Shown: positions 14,240 through 27,406 of the stretch, in pieces
Layout of the letters: each line of letters begins with the position of its first letter
Position numbering within the stretch: the first letter of the stretch is position 1
Assembly: GCA_951406725.2 (NCBI GenBank)
Contig: OX597826.1
Coordinates: 3,348,001 to 3,412,000, forward strand
Reading direction: 5' to 3'
Length of the DNA: 64,000 nt
From: Octopus vulgaris
Lineage: Eukaryota
Notes under the pieces: generated by a model
Database searches by the model: none
Seen by the model: the letters and a program-made list of their open reading frames with translations, nothing else
What the model was told of the DNA's origin: nothing
Position numbers and translations under genes: made by a program

Positions 14240-14690
14240 TTATTCCCTCCACCTAACAAACTGCCTACCTCTTCTTGACCACCAAAAAGCAATTGTCTTC
14301 TAATTTACCAAAAATTCCATCCCATATATCTGTTGAAATTCTATTCATTTATTCTATTTATTCATTTATTTATTTTCTCACTGATTCTTCTCTTTTCAAA
14401 AAACGCTCTGGCCTTTTGACCACTCCCCTAAGAACAATAGCATGTGACCTGTTTATCTCCTAAATACCAACCTACCCAAAAAACGTCCCCCCTGCCACCA
14501 CCACTCCATTAAATCTGCCTAAATGAATAAATACCAGAACTTATTTTGACAGCCAGCTTCCTGAAGATTTCATCTGAATGAAAAAGTTCTAGTCCTGTAG
14601 AAGCTCCTTCTATAAAATAAATTACTTTACTCTGCTATGTATTGAGTACCTTATTTACTGTGGTTTACCCCGACTCAACCCGGGACCTAC
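14240..14690 (+). mobile_element. Penelope-like 3'/pLTR remnant
   Basis: Contains a hammerhead fold (14555-14605) followed by aataaa and gagtac, an organisation like the 46045-46280 element. Confidence 0.5.
14555..14605 (+). ncRNA. Putative type I hammerhead ribozyme
   Basis: Stem I agcttc/gaagct (6 bp), core CUGAAGA, short stem II ttc-atct-gaa, GAAA, imperfect stem III, GUA cleavage triplet at 14597-14599. Confidence 0.55.
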
Positions 14691-14705
14691 ACACACACAT
14701 ATATA

Positions 14706-14860
14706 TTCTTACACTTGTTTCAGTCATTTGACTGCGATCGCGCTGGAGCACCAATTTAGAGGGTTTTAGACAAGGGAATCTGCCCCAGGACTTATTCGAT
14801 GTAAGCCTAATACTTATTGTATCGGTCACTTTTGCTGAACCGCTAGGCTAGGGGAACACA
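14706..14860 (-). mobile_element. SINE family A, 3' half
   Basis: acttgtttcagtcatttgactgcg...ctggagcacc...gctgaaccgctagg. Confidence 0.8.
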
Positions 14861-15328
14861 AAAACATACACATGCACGCACGCAAATATATGCATGCTGC
14901 AGAGCAGTATCTGCCTTTGTTTTGGCTTTAATATCTCTAAACCCCTGCATGTGTGTGCGTGTGTCTGTATGTGCGCACGTACTTGTATATGTATATGTAC
15001 ATACATACATACATACATACACACGTATACACGCACAGAGGCAAATAGTGTGTGCTTATGAGTTAGGACTATCCATGGACACTGAGCCAGAAAGATTTCT
15101 TGTAGACACAAGTTATGTTGTATATATCTGCTGAATTAGCATGTTTCCATACATATATGTGCGTATTTATGTACGTATATATGCATTTATATATGTATCT
15201 ATGTATGCATGTAAGGAATGCTAATCCGTTAAACATATAAATGAAACAAACTTGCCAAATTTCATTCTATTTAAAACACCACCATTCATCTTTGTTGATC
15301 TTATCTCTAAATTCAAATTATTAGTGTA

Positions 15329-15358
<30 letters not shown>

Positions 15359-15359
<1 letters not shown>

Positions 15360-15555
15360 TACTTGTTTCAGTCATTTGACAGCGGCCATGCTCGAGCACC
15401 ACCTTTTAGTCGAACTCTACCCCAGAACGTATTCTTTTTAATCCTAGTACTTATTCTGTCGTTTACTTTTGCCGAACCGCTAAGTTACGGGGACCGAACA
15501 TACCAACATCGGTTGTGAAGCAATGGTGGAGCGACAAACACAGACACACACAAAT
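15359..15555 (-). mobile_element. SINE family A, 3' half
   Basis: tacttgtttcagtcatttgac...gccgaaccgctaagttacgggg...acaaacacagacacac. Confidence 0.85.
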
Positions 15556-15885
15556 ATATATATATATAAAAGCTTTGACTCTGCAACACTGTATATAAAT
15601 TCTCGACTTGGAATGACCAAATTTAAAAATCTGCTGAATCTCATTCATAAGGGAATCTTACATTGCTTATAAACTCTATATTTGGAAAGACCCATTTTAA
15701 ACTCTGTTGGAATTTTGAACTTTACACATATGATATTGGATTATTGCATATATACCATGATGCCTAAAAAATGGATATACAACTTCAATATCCATATATA
15801 TCTTGCATCTATTTTCTTTCCTTTACCTCAATCTCTATTTTGTATCACATCTAAACTAACTATAAATTAACGATCCTCCCACACC

Positions 15886-15937
15886 GTCTTCGATGAAGGG
15901 ATATAATTAATAAATATCCTTGAAACAGCTGTAAGAC
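15886..15937 (+). ncRNA. Putative minimal hammerhead ribozyme (UCGAUGA variant) in a Penelope-like pLTR (about 15600-16145)
   Basis: Stem I gtct/agac, core tcgatga, stem II agggatat/atatcctt, GAAA, palindromic cagctg stem III, GUA triplet. Confidence 0.6.
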
Positions 15938-16144
15938 TTTCTATATATAAATGCTCCAATATCTACACAGCCTTGGTTGTTTTATCTTATTACTCAAAAA
16001 ATTATTGTATACACACACTGACATATAACCAACGTTGAACCCCTTATTCGCAAAAATTACCGAATCTGGAACTTAACTATGGTCTATATGTAGCACTTAA
16101 TCAGCATTACCTGACACCTTTGGGTCTCAATGACACCATTATCT

Positions 16145-16211
<67 letters not shown>

Positions 16212-16805
16212 GTCGGTCCTCTTTCATTTTCCATCGACTAAATCTAGTCAAAAAATTTGGTAGTCCCCAAGCTATACTAGAGGACAATTTATATCTTATA
16301 TGATATAAACTACAAACCCAAGAAAGATTGGCATCATCGATGCTGGAATTTATATCATTATGACATTAAGAGGGATAACGAAACATATGCAAGTCTACGT
16401 GGGCTAATCTAGACGCACAAGACCATATGTTGTTTTTCGTCCGGTTTATACATATTCTGGGAAAACGAGTTCTACTTACAGCATGACTCGTATATTATTT
16501 ATAAACGCTTTGCCTATACTGTACGATATGTGAGCAAGCAATCTTCTATTTCTTTAGCTGCACTGAGGTTATTAGTAAGGGTAACACTGAACAATGAATG
16601 TTGATAGGAATGTGCATTTAGTCAACAAAAACATTATCCTTAACGATTTTATGGGTGTCAATGTGCAGGAGCGCAACTCCATCCTCCAGACCAAAGTGAC
16701 ACAAAGAAAACGTATATATTCTAGTTTCAGATTTAACCATAAAAACAATGGTTCCGCAACAAATTACATCGATTGAGAATTAAATCCTATTTTTTAAATA
16801 TTACA

Positions 16806-17424
16806 TCATCATCATTATTCGACCGTGGTCGAGACAATGGAATTTACCATGCTACGCCAGACTTCACGGTCCATCATGGCATTACGGAGGTCATGTTGCT
16901 GGATGCCTGTATCCCTGGAGATTACATCAGGGTAGGAGAGTGTGCGCCCTCTGGTATTGCGAGTAGATGGCTTCCAAAGGAGAAGAGTAGAAATTACTTC
17001 TTTTTCAGCTCTACAACAATGTCCAGCAAACTGGACTCTCCTACCTTTCACAAGAGATGATACAGGTGGTAGTTTCCCATATATTTGCATTTTGGTTGGA
17101 TGGCGCTTCCACGAGAGATTTTGAGCTCTCATAAGGAGGCGATTGTAGGTTCCATCCAACCGCCTCTCAAGCTTCTTTGATAACGACCAGGTTTCTGAGC
17201 CATATAGTAGAATTGGTTCGACTGTGGCCTTGAATATTTCAAGTTTGAAGTCTCTACTTAGATTTGATGACCAGATCTTATGCATGTCATTACAGGCTGA
17301 CCAGGCCATACCCTTTCTAGTTAGAAAGTATTTTCCAGATGATGATATGTATGACCCAAGATATTTATAATCAGAAACCATATTTAAGGGCGCATTGTTG
17401 AGAGTATGGATGATGCAATCACTG
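16806..17424 (-). mobile_element. 5'-truncated RTE-clade LINE (RT thumb and C-terminus), young insertion
   Basis: Uninterrupted frame of about 200 codons with YKYLGS, VEPILLYGSETW, LDGTYNRLLMRAQN, QFAGHC and AMMDREVWR. (TGA)n tail. Perfect 12-bp TSD ttaaatattaca at 16794-16805 and 17425-17436. Confidence 0.92.
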
Positions 17425-18227
17425 TTAAATATTACAGTTAGTTCTAATAAACGCAAACACGTTCAAGAAATAATCCTGTCTTCTCTTCAGTAAATGCTTT
17501 GAACTGCACTTTGACAGTGACCAAATATTGAGGGAACCTCTTTGTTGTCGCCTGATGCGATAAACAATACGGTTAAATCTTCTTCGAATTGCAGCGTATT
17601 TTCTTAAAATGCAAAGTAGGTTATATTACGCATTTCTCGTTGGTGCTAAAAAGAGCTTAAATGTAATTGGACAAAGGTCAACCTAATCAGTTTTAACCTT
17701 AGGCTAAAAACCAACAACAATAAAGTTTATAACGTTTTTGAGGGACCTGATAATAATTTTAGCTATTTCTACATTTAGAATCATTTAGAATCTTCTAAAA
17801 AAAGGTAGAGAACAATTTTAATAACAGAACACAAGAGAATCTACTTAAGTTAATGTTCACTAAATAGATAATACACTTACATTATCTATTTACGTATAAT
17901 GTTAGGACTAAAGAAATATAAGAAAAGAGAATCCATAAGAGGAAGTGTGATTAGAGTAGTGTAAACAAGATAATTGTGACATCTGAAATGAACCGGAACA
18001 AGAGGGAAATTTTGTGTCTATGGTTAATTATATTTTTATCATAAAATTCTGTGCATTTAAGATAAGTTAGAAATTGGGAGATAGATAAGAGAAAGAAATA
18101 CGAAATGAAAGAAACATCTAAATAAAAATATAAAAAAATAGAAAGTAGAGAATTTACGAATATATTAAGAGAAACAAACGAAAAGAGAAAACATTAATAA
18201 ACATAGGAATGAGAAATGTGGAGAGAG

Positions 18228-18264
<37 letters not shown>

Positions 18265-18289
18265 CGCACGTAGATGTGTAATGATATTA

Positions 18290-18950
18290 AGGTTATAAGT
18301 ATAGAAAATACTCCAGGAATAAATACAAAATCTAATGCTTTTAACGGGTTATTGGTAGGGTACCTATATTCCGGAGCTGTAAATGTTTTACGAGGTTTAT
18401 CAAGAGTACAACAAACCTTCAGGAACAAGCGAGTATGGCTTGGCAGCATGATCCCCACTTTTGCTAATTTATCTGCCTATCTCGACGGGAACGCCGTCCG
18501 TGCAACGTCGATATTCTTCCCTGTGTTTATTAAACTTTTGTATCTCTGCCGTAAGGCCTGATTTCCACACCCGCCAGGTTAATTCAATTCGTCCTAAGTC
18601 GAAAGACATTTGTTGTTATGTTCTGTTATTATTTTTATTGTATTTATTATTGTATTTATATTTGTGTAACTTTGTCCATTTTTTCCGTCCTCGTTTTTGC
18701 ATACATTCGCTGTTTTCTTCAAAGGAATCTAATGCTCTTAGCTTAGTTTTTCCTTGGGGCTGGACAGATTGGAGAAATCTCAAGAATAATCACCCGAAAT
18801 TGCTGCGATGATAATCTGGTGCTTGACTGAGGATAGAGGACTTCGAATGACCCGTCCTTGTTTTCTTTGTATCCTCTAACTGGATACTTTGTTGTCTCTT
18901 TTTGTATTACCTAGTTGTCGGATGTTTTGCATTATTGTCCCATTTTGTAT
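18290..18950. mobile_element. Unclassified interspersed-repeat-like segment
   Basis: Higher-GC, non-microsatellite block bounded by microsatellites, with short open frames on both strands. No motif recognised. Confidence 0.3.
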
Positions 18951-18983
18951 TATATATATATATATATATATAGATATAAATAT

Positions 18984-19038
<55 letters not shown>

Positions 19039-19129
19039 CATATACATATATATATATACATATACATATATATATACATATATATATACATATATATATA
19101 TAGATAGATAGATAGATATATACTCCTTC

Positions 19130-19346
19130 GCCCACCTACTTATCATAGGTCCAGGGTTACATTCAGGATATAAGAGGTAGAGAGAGATTAGGCCGAAACA
19201 TTACTCGATTCGGTATCATTTTTCAGGTCACAGTATATGAAGAGAGTATCCCTTCTTGAGCGCCATAAGGCACTGATCGGTCCAGATCATAACCCACGAC
19301 ATTTCGGGTTACCAAGCAAACACTCTAAACCACATAACCATTCGCC
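19130..19346 (-). mobile_element. Highly degenerate tRNA-headed SINE
   Basis: cggtccagatcataacccacgac...caaacactctaaaccac resembles the reverse complement of a SINE head. Confidence 0.4.
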
Positions 19347-20812
19347 ACACGAACAAGTTTTATATCAGTATATTTTCAAAATATTGCATTCTCAGACAAT
19401 GAAAGTCCGTTCCTTAGTCCTCGGTGGATTTACCTCAGCAATAAGGAAAAAGATGGAAAAAATATTATCGATTTCTTTTAATTCTCAGAAAGACACCTGA
19501 TCCTTATTTTCCAAGATGGTTTTGTTACTTTCTAGAAGCATAAGTTTATTGTTAATGAAAGAATATAAGATATATGATGAAAGCGAATTGCGGAATTCAA
19601 ATAGAAGATAAAGATACCAATGGTACTTTATTTTGATTGCAAATAAACCTGTATATTTATGTAGAATGTTCAACTTCTTTTTACCACCACCAATGTTAAA
19701 AAATTGAAGATAATTATATCCTCGCCCATTAATTTAAAGAGGGACGTGGATTCAATTTGCAGACAACGAAGCGTATATCCTTAGGCGCTCCGCGTTCCAT
19801 GAAGTTGTTAATAAAAGTAAAAAGAAAACGGAAATAACATTTTAAAAAGTAACCATAATTTGAAGATATATTTTTTTGAGTAAAATTTTGATGAAAAGTT
19901 GAAGAGAAAACACTATAAAGATAAAAAGCTGTGGGAGAGAGAGAGCGAGAAAACATACATACATACATACATGCATCAATACATGTGCTTGCTTATGTGC
20001 GTGTATATCTGTGCATACATGTACGTATGTAATTTTCTATGTGTATATGTATGTTGTATGCATGTATGTATGCATGTAGGTAGGTAGGTAGGTAGGTTGG
20101 TAGGTAGGTATGCATGCATGTAGGTAGGTAGGTAGGTAGGTAGGTAGGTAGGTAGGTAGGTAAAATATAGGCATAAAGAAGCTATGAAGCTAGAATGAGA
20201 AATAAGGAAAACTATTATGCGTGGGACCGCGAAAATAAATGAGTAAATAGGTAAATACAAGACAGGAACCGCTGTGAATGACTCTAGGCTGTTGCACAAA
20301 CTTCTATAAATATAAGCTTCCTCAATTATTACTCTGTCGTCTTAAAAGTAGTTAAATATACATAAGAGACCAGTTCTGAATGTACGTGGAAAAAGACTAG
20401 AGGTTGGTAAATGTGTGAATACCGGTCAAATGTTTTATGCTTCACACACTGAAATATTCTCAGCATATGCGAAGAGCCAGGTGATAGGAGAAGGTATGAA
20501 ATCTAAGGAACGGCATCTGTAACACCTATAATTGATAAATGACTAACAAAGTTTTTAGAATTCTTCCAGCTACAGAAAGATACAATTTACAATATTAGAA
20601 ATAATGGAAACAAAAATTTAAGTTATTTGTAGAAAAACATTACACATAACTCGCTAATACCAAAAATGGATTTTGGTATTCACAAAAGACCAGTAATTTT
20701 AATCTATATGTACCCCTGAGATTTTCAGCATTACCAAAAATAACAATAGGGAGTGCTCTACTTATATCCCTGCAGAGAATCTGCATCAAATTTTGCCAAA
20801 ATCTTACCAAGG

Positions 20813-20885
20813 ATTACTCTTTTACTCTTTTACTCTTTTACTTGTTTCAGCCATCCGGCTGAGGCCATGCTGGGGCACCGCCCTT
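20813..20885 (-). mobile_element. SINE family A, 3' tail
   Basis: (ttttactc)n-ttgtttcagcc...ggccatgctggggcaccgcc. Confidence 0.8.
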
Positions 20886-21440
20886 TTCAAAATGTTTTCA
20901 TTGTTCTCGACACAGTCAAGGAGATCTTGTACAACTGAAACTCGAGTGTCGTTTTGGTGAGATGAATGCAGCTTTGGCACAAACTTGGCAGACACGTGTC
21001 TCATACCTAAATCTTCAGTGGTAATGGACTGAACTGAACCGTAAATAAACTGCACATCCTCTGATAACTCACAGACAGTGATTAGACGATTTCCTCTCAC
21101 AACTGCACGCACATCTACAATGTTTTACTCAGTTCTGCTGGTTGCGGGTCTCCCAGAACGGTCGTCAATATTGATTTTTTTTTTTTTTTTTTTTGGAAAC
21201 GTCAGAACCACTCGTACACATGTGTGCAGCTCATACACTCCTCACCATACACTTTCTGCAACTTTTCGCAGGCCTCCGAACAGGAATCTCCATGTAAACT
21301 TTCTCTGTCATGGTCAATGTGACAATCAAACGCTACATACCTTCTTTCCAAGCAAGGCTGTAAACTGCGAAAGTGAGGTAGAACGTTAAAACATAGTTCG
21401 CAAGCACAACAGAGGTTCAGATCAATTTGTGGCACGCGGC
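20886..21440 (-). pseudogene. Mariner (Tc1/mariner) transposase relic, N-terminal HTH region
   Basis: KLQKVYGEECMSCTHVYEWF, then RSGRPATSRT, then VRGNRLITVCELSEDVQ..GSVQSITTEDLGMRHVSAKFVPKL. Frameshifted at a poly-T run. Confidence 0.9.
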
Positions 21441-22346
21441 TTTACATTGCTTGTACTAGCTTCGTTACGATGGCCACATGTGTTATATGTGATGTACTTT
21501 ATTGCGTTTTATTACAGCTGTGATTCTCCCCCCCCCAGTTCGTGGCAAAATTGTCTTGCATGAAAAGTCTTTGGTGCAGAAACGTCCCGAGATCACTTAC
21601 ATAACGTACATAACTTTTAATGAATGTACATATGTTACATACAGTATTCGAATACAAATGAACTCCACACATTAATGCAGTCTTTGAAAATAATATCCAC
21701 TGAACAAAAATTATAATAAATATATTTGTACCACACCGACCTCACCAATTATCGCACCTCAATGAGTAAGGCAACTAAAATCCAAATAGGTTTACAACGA
21801 CCTTAATTAAAAAAAAACTTAATTGAATTTGTCACTACCTTTATTTTTTATATATCCTGTATTTCCAGCGTTACAGAGATGAACAATTGTAACATGAATT
21901 ATCATCTCTTAAACACAAATCACACGACCATAGACACATCAACCATCCAGCGATAATAACTTTTGCTCCATTTTCTTCAGATCTATTTTAAAATATCAAC
22001 AATTCACGAAAAAGAAATATTAATTCTTTTATAAACTGTAATAATGCTTCAATGGAACTAAACTCATCGGAAAGTAATTTCTTGCATTTTTATTACTAAT
22101 TATATTTAGCAGGTGGTCATCGTTCTCTTCTTTAGGTATTTCTTTTTAGCTTTTCAATATTTTGGGCAGATTAATACAACTATGTCAAAACTGTCTCAGC
22201 TCACGGAATAAATACCAGCAGGCATTTTGGTTTGCCAAGACTTGCCTATTACAAACACTTATGTATAAATATATGTATGTATATGTATATCTATCTATCT
22301 CTCTCTCTCACTCTCTCTCTTTTTGTCTCTCTCTCTCTCTCTCTCT

Positions 22347-22387
<41 letters not shown>

Positions 22388-22477
22388 TACAATGATAATG
22401 TTGTATACGATTTGAGTTGTCTGCCTTGCCTTAATGTTTATTGTCCCCTTTAACAAGTATACATATGTATGTAGTTG

Positions 22478-22518
<41 letters not shown>

Positions 22519-23139
22519 CGAGAGCGAGAGAAAGAGAGATAGTTAGAGAGAATGAGGAAGTGTATTTATACACATAAGCATTTGTGCGTTTAGTCATGTG
22601 GAGACTAAAAGAAGTTATATGTGATATACGTATGCACGTGTGTTTGAATAAATATTTGTGTATATATATCTGCTCAAAAATGCATAAGAAATGCAAAATG
22701 TAGACAAAGACAAAGAGATGCAAGAGAGGGACAGAGAAAGAGAGTAGAATGAGGAGAGATGCAATTGAAGGGAAAAAGGGAGAGAAAGATACAAAAAGAG
22801 TCTTTTCAAACACTTAAAACGCTTAAATGTTAAATGAAATAACGGACAGGAAAATAATTATGGAAATTGAATAAGGTAAAGGGAATATATACATATATGT
22901 TTGTGTGCTTATATATATCTATATACACGATTATATTTATGTATATGTATGCATGAATATATATATATATATAAATGTAATTATGTATATGTATGCATGT
23001 ATGTAAATATATATATATATATATAGATATATGTAATTATGTACGTATGCATGTATGTAAATATATATATACATAGGTGTGTGTATTCATATCTATATCT
23101 ATACATACATATATACATACATACACACACTTATATATG

Positions 23140-23171
<32 letters not shown>

Positions 23172-23195
23172 TCTATTTATACATATGTGTACATA

Positions 23196-23244
<49 letters not shown>

Positions 23245-23350
23245 CATACATATATATATGTATGTATGTGTGTATATATATATGTATATATGTATATATG
23301 TATGTATGTATGTATATATAAATGTATATATAAATATATATACGTATATA

Positions 23351-23426
<76 letters not shown>

Positions 23427-23864
23427 ACTGCATAATAAGTCGATAGATGCGACGGGCGTGAGGTTGGTGAAAGCTACATATGAATAAGAACGGGGACAAC
23501 AAAAACGACTACTACGACTGCTACAACGTAAGCAGCAATCAGCCCTACCGACAACAACAACAACAACAACACAAACAATAACAACAGCAACTACAAAAAA
23601 GTAAAGGAACAACACCATAATATCTATTAAATGGAAATTGAACAGCTTAATGACGACGGCAATAGTCTGAGTTGAAGAGACGCTTTCTAAATAGCTTTGC
23701 CAAAATCATCGAAGCATAAAGAACGGCAACACTTAGCTGTCGTTACAGTTGACTTATTATAATGTCTAGCATTGACGACGTATTAAGCATAATTGGTGAT
23801 CATTTGTAGTTGTACGTTAAAATTGAGTGTAATATATACATATATATATACATATATATATATA

Positions 23865-23944
<80 letters not shown>

Positions 23945-24156
23945 TCTATATATCATAGGTACATATATATTTATGTATATATGTATGCATGTATATATTA
24001 CGTTTTCATATTTAGAATTTAGATTTTTATAATTGAATACGATTCAAGAAGCAATATATAAATGCACCTATATTTATATATATAGCGTGTACATTAACAG
24101 CCGGGTGCGTAAACGTATTCACACATATATACGTATGCATATTCTTCTATTGATTA

Positions 24157-24226
<70 letters not shown>

Positions 24227-24270
24227 GTACACATTCATGCATATGTATTTATAAATATAAGTACTTATAT

Positions 24271-24301
<31 letters not shown>

Positions 24302-25064
24302 CACACACATGCATATGTACAGGCGGATCTATCGATGTTTTTATGTCAGTGTGTGTTTATCTCTCTCTCTCTATTTATCTATCTATCTATATACTTATAT
24401 GCATGCATGCATACATACATAAATATTGATGCATCTATGTAAAATTGTGACATACTCTCGCATTCAGGAATATACTAGCAGATAAATTATGGAAGAGGAT
24501 TTGCGAAAAATTGACTCAAGGCCAAGAAGGATCCTTGTACACATTGCGTAGACGCGCCAGTCCCTCTTGTCTCTCCTTTTCGTGTAGATAGGAAAGTGCC
24601 TTACATTTTCTCGTAAATCTTGCCTTAGATATAAAAATTGTTATTTCTCAAAGAAAACACTCATAGTTTAAATTGTATGCGTTACGAAATCAAAGATGCC
24701 CGAAGCATCATCACGAGAAATATACTATCCAGGATGAAAATATATTTTACTTTGTGGAAGAAAAGAGTTTAACAACGGAAGAATTGATCCTAATAGAACG
24801 ATTGAAAATGACACGATCTTAGGAAAGTAAAAAACCACCAGGTTTGTGAGGAATCGTAAAAGGAAAAAAAAAGGTTAATTAAAATAATATATATATATGT
24901 GGATGAGTTACTAACGAAAGTGTACGTTGAAAATATAACATATATAGACGACTTCATATACTACATAGCTTTTGTGTTGGTGTTAAATAACAGATAACAT
25001 ATAAAAATGACTTAGATATTAGCATATATTAACGACTTCATATAATGAAAGCGTCTCTGGATAT

Positions 25065-25770
25065 TGTTGGTGTTAAAGAGTCAAGGAAATGCCAGGGATA
25101 TAGTCCTGTGGGGTAATGGAGAGTCTAGACTCAATAGAGACGTCTGAAGGATAAATGCAAGAAGTCTAGAAAGGATTGATGCAATAACTGTAAATAAAAA
25201 TGGTGGAAGAAAAGACAGAGATTCCACAATTATTTTCTTGTCCGTTATTTCATGTAACATACAAACGGTTTTAAGTGTTTGGAAAAACGCTTTTTGTATC
25301 ATTTTCTCCCTTTTTCCTTCCATTACCTCCCCACTCAGCTTCGATCTCCAAAACTTGATAAAAAGTAGACATAAATGTTTACAGGGGGCTAAAGCGGGGA
25401 TGAGACAAAAATATCAAAGCAATGTCAGGTGAAAATAGCGATACTAACAAAAAATAAACACATATCAGACAGATACTTCGGAAAGACGAATGGAAATGTT
25501 ACCAACAGTTTAAGACATATAAAAGATCATCAGAGTAATGATGTTCCGAATGATGAAACAGCACTAAGTTAGGGCATTTATATGAAGCAAAGCGATTCGA
25601 CACGGCATGGAAGCTGACTAGTTGTAGAAATATAAATCTGAAACAGAAAGTGGTTGAAAACAGGTGAATTAGAAAGATGCTCGTCCTGCACGACACCAAG
25701 AAATGAGAGACGTAAAGGATTGGTAAATGTAGTATTGTGATATCGGATTGAATAAAGAAGGCTATGTCTA
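25065..25770 (+). pseudogene. Very degenerate RTE-like LINE relic (APE-domain-like start)
   Basis: WDIVGVKESRK and GAKAGMRQ are loosely like APE motifs. Many stops. Confidence 0.3.
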
Positions 25771-26046
25771 AAAATATTCAAGAAAATCACTGAAAGAGCT
25801 GTATTCAGGAAGAATGTGTCGTTCATTCAGGAAGAATGAACGACACGTATAAATGCAAATCCATCAAACTAGCATTAGTATGAAAAAGGTATCGAGCTGG
25901 TAGAATCGATACAGTACTGCACAAATTGGTTAGCGGCATTTCTTCCAGTTCTAAGATTTGAGTTCAAATTCCCCTCAATTCTCATTTTTCTTGCTTATTT
26001 TCTGTATCAAAAACATCAGTACTAGTTGAGTACTGGGGCCGATATA

Positions 26047-26259
26047 CTTTTCTACTCTAGGCACAAGGCCAGAAAATTTTTAGGACGGGGCCAGGCGATT
26101 AGATCTACCCCGGTAAGCAACTGATACTTAATTTATCGACCCCGAAAGGATGAAAGACAAAGTCCATCGCGGCAGAATTTGAACTCAGACCGTAATGACA
26201 GACGAAATACCGCTAAGCATTTCGCCCGGCATGCTATCGATTCTGCCAGCTCGGCGCCT
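26047..26259 (-). mobile_element. SINE family B' (B head and core, alternative tail ggccttgtgcctagagtagaaaa)
   Basis: Head and core align with 58714-58945, but the tail differs. Confidence 0.85.
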
Positions 26260-26267
26260 TAATATTA

Positions 26268-26491
26268 TATTTCATTGCCCACAAGAGGCTAAACATAGAG
26301 GGGACAAACAAGGACAGACAAACGGATTAAGCCGATTATATCGTTCAGTGCGTAACTGGTACTTATTTAATCGACCCCGAGAGGATGAAAGGCAAAGTCG
26401 ACCTCGGCGGTATTTGAGCTCAGAACGTAGCGGCAGACGAAATACCACTAAGCATTTCGCCCGGCGCGCTAACGACTCTACCAGCTCGCCC
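26268..26491 (-). mobile_element. SINE family B, near full length
   Basis: Reverse-complement match to 58714-58945 along its length. Confidence 0.9.
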
Positions 26492-26625
26492 CTGGGGTCG
26501 ATACAATCGACTGCCTCCTCGTCATCAATGTTGTGTCTTAAGCCTATGATAGACAGAATTATTTTCATTATCAATTAATACTCACAGGTAGAATCATTAG
26601 ATCAAATTATAAAACATTATAGTAT

Positions 26626-26860
26626 TTATTTACATAATTTACCTGTGTCCTCCTCTTGTTTGTTGTTACCACAATATTTCGTCTGATTTACTCTCCAACC
26701 TTCATCAGGTTCAAAATTCTACCAGGACACCTGATGAAGGCTGGAGAGTAAATCAGCCGAAACGTTGTGGTAACAACAAATCAGATGAGGGCACATATGT
26801 GTCCAAGGTAAATAATGTAAATAATGTACAGAATTCCTCCTCTCAAAAATACAGAACAGT
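26626..26860. mobile_element. Fold-back Penelope-like element, hammerhead motif in both arms
   Basis: Inverted arms ttgttgttaccac...ccttcatcagg (about 26660-26709) and cctgatgaagg...gtggtaacaacaa (about 26730-26779). Same family as 39755-40340. Confidence 0.8.
26726..26770 (+). ncRNA. Putative minimal type I hammerhead ribozyme
   Basis: gacac-CUGAUGA-a-ggctg(loop)cagcc-GAAA-CGUU-gtg. 5-bp stem II, palindromic ACGU stem III, stem I cac/gtg. Confidence 0.7.
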
Positions 26861-27184
26861 ATTGTGATATTTAGTTAGAAACTAGTTTGAGATGTGTTTA
26901 GCCTTAACTAAAGAAAATTTCTTCCATTCATCATACTGGCATTAATGGAAGCAACCACAGATTTCCGTCGAAAAGTTTATCTCTGTTCATATACCGGAAA
27001 TAAAAATTCATTAGTATTTCTTTTTTTCTAATGACAAATCCTTAAGCCCAGCCATGATGGTGGGGTGGGGCCCAACATTCAATAATTTTGATGAATGATG
27101 TTATTCCCATTACTTAACCTAGTTATCCTTTTGTCGGTCTCTATTTATCCAATTGCTTATTTTATCAGTTACATCACATTAGAT

Positions 27185-27380
27185 ACTCTTTTACTCTTTT
27201 AATCTTTTACTTGTTTCAGTCATTTCACTGTGGCCATGCTGGAGCACCGCCTTTAGTCCAGCAAATCAAGCCTAGTACTTATTCTATCGGCCTCTTTTGC
27301 AGAACCACTAAGTTACGGAGACGTAAACACACCAGCTTCGGTTGTCAAGCGATGTTGGGGGGACACAGACACAAACATGC
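27185..27380 (-). mobile_element. SINE family A, 3' half
   Basis: ttttacttgtttcagtc...ggccatgctggagcaccgcctttagtc...ggttgtcaagcgatg. Confidence 0.88.
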
Positions 27381-27406
27381 ACACACACACACACACACAC
27401 ACACAT

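Larger units (their letters stand above)
25886..26565 (+). mobile_element. Old SINE family B' copy interrupted at 26046/26492
   Basis: gagctggtagaatcg...gagttcaaattcc...gtactggggccgatata, then resumes ctggggtcgatacaatcgact. Confidence 0.65.

Noticed and set aside
16815-17456. 213-aa ORF as a host gene
   Set aside because: It is the 3' part of an RTE LINE. Its apparent start lies outside the TSD, in flanking DNA.
18770-18815. Possible hammerhead motif in the 18290-18950 block
   Set aside because: GAAA is present, but there is no acceptable core or stem II.
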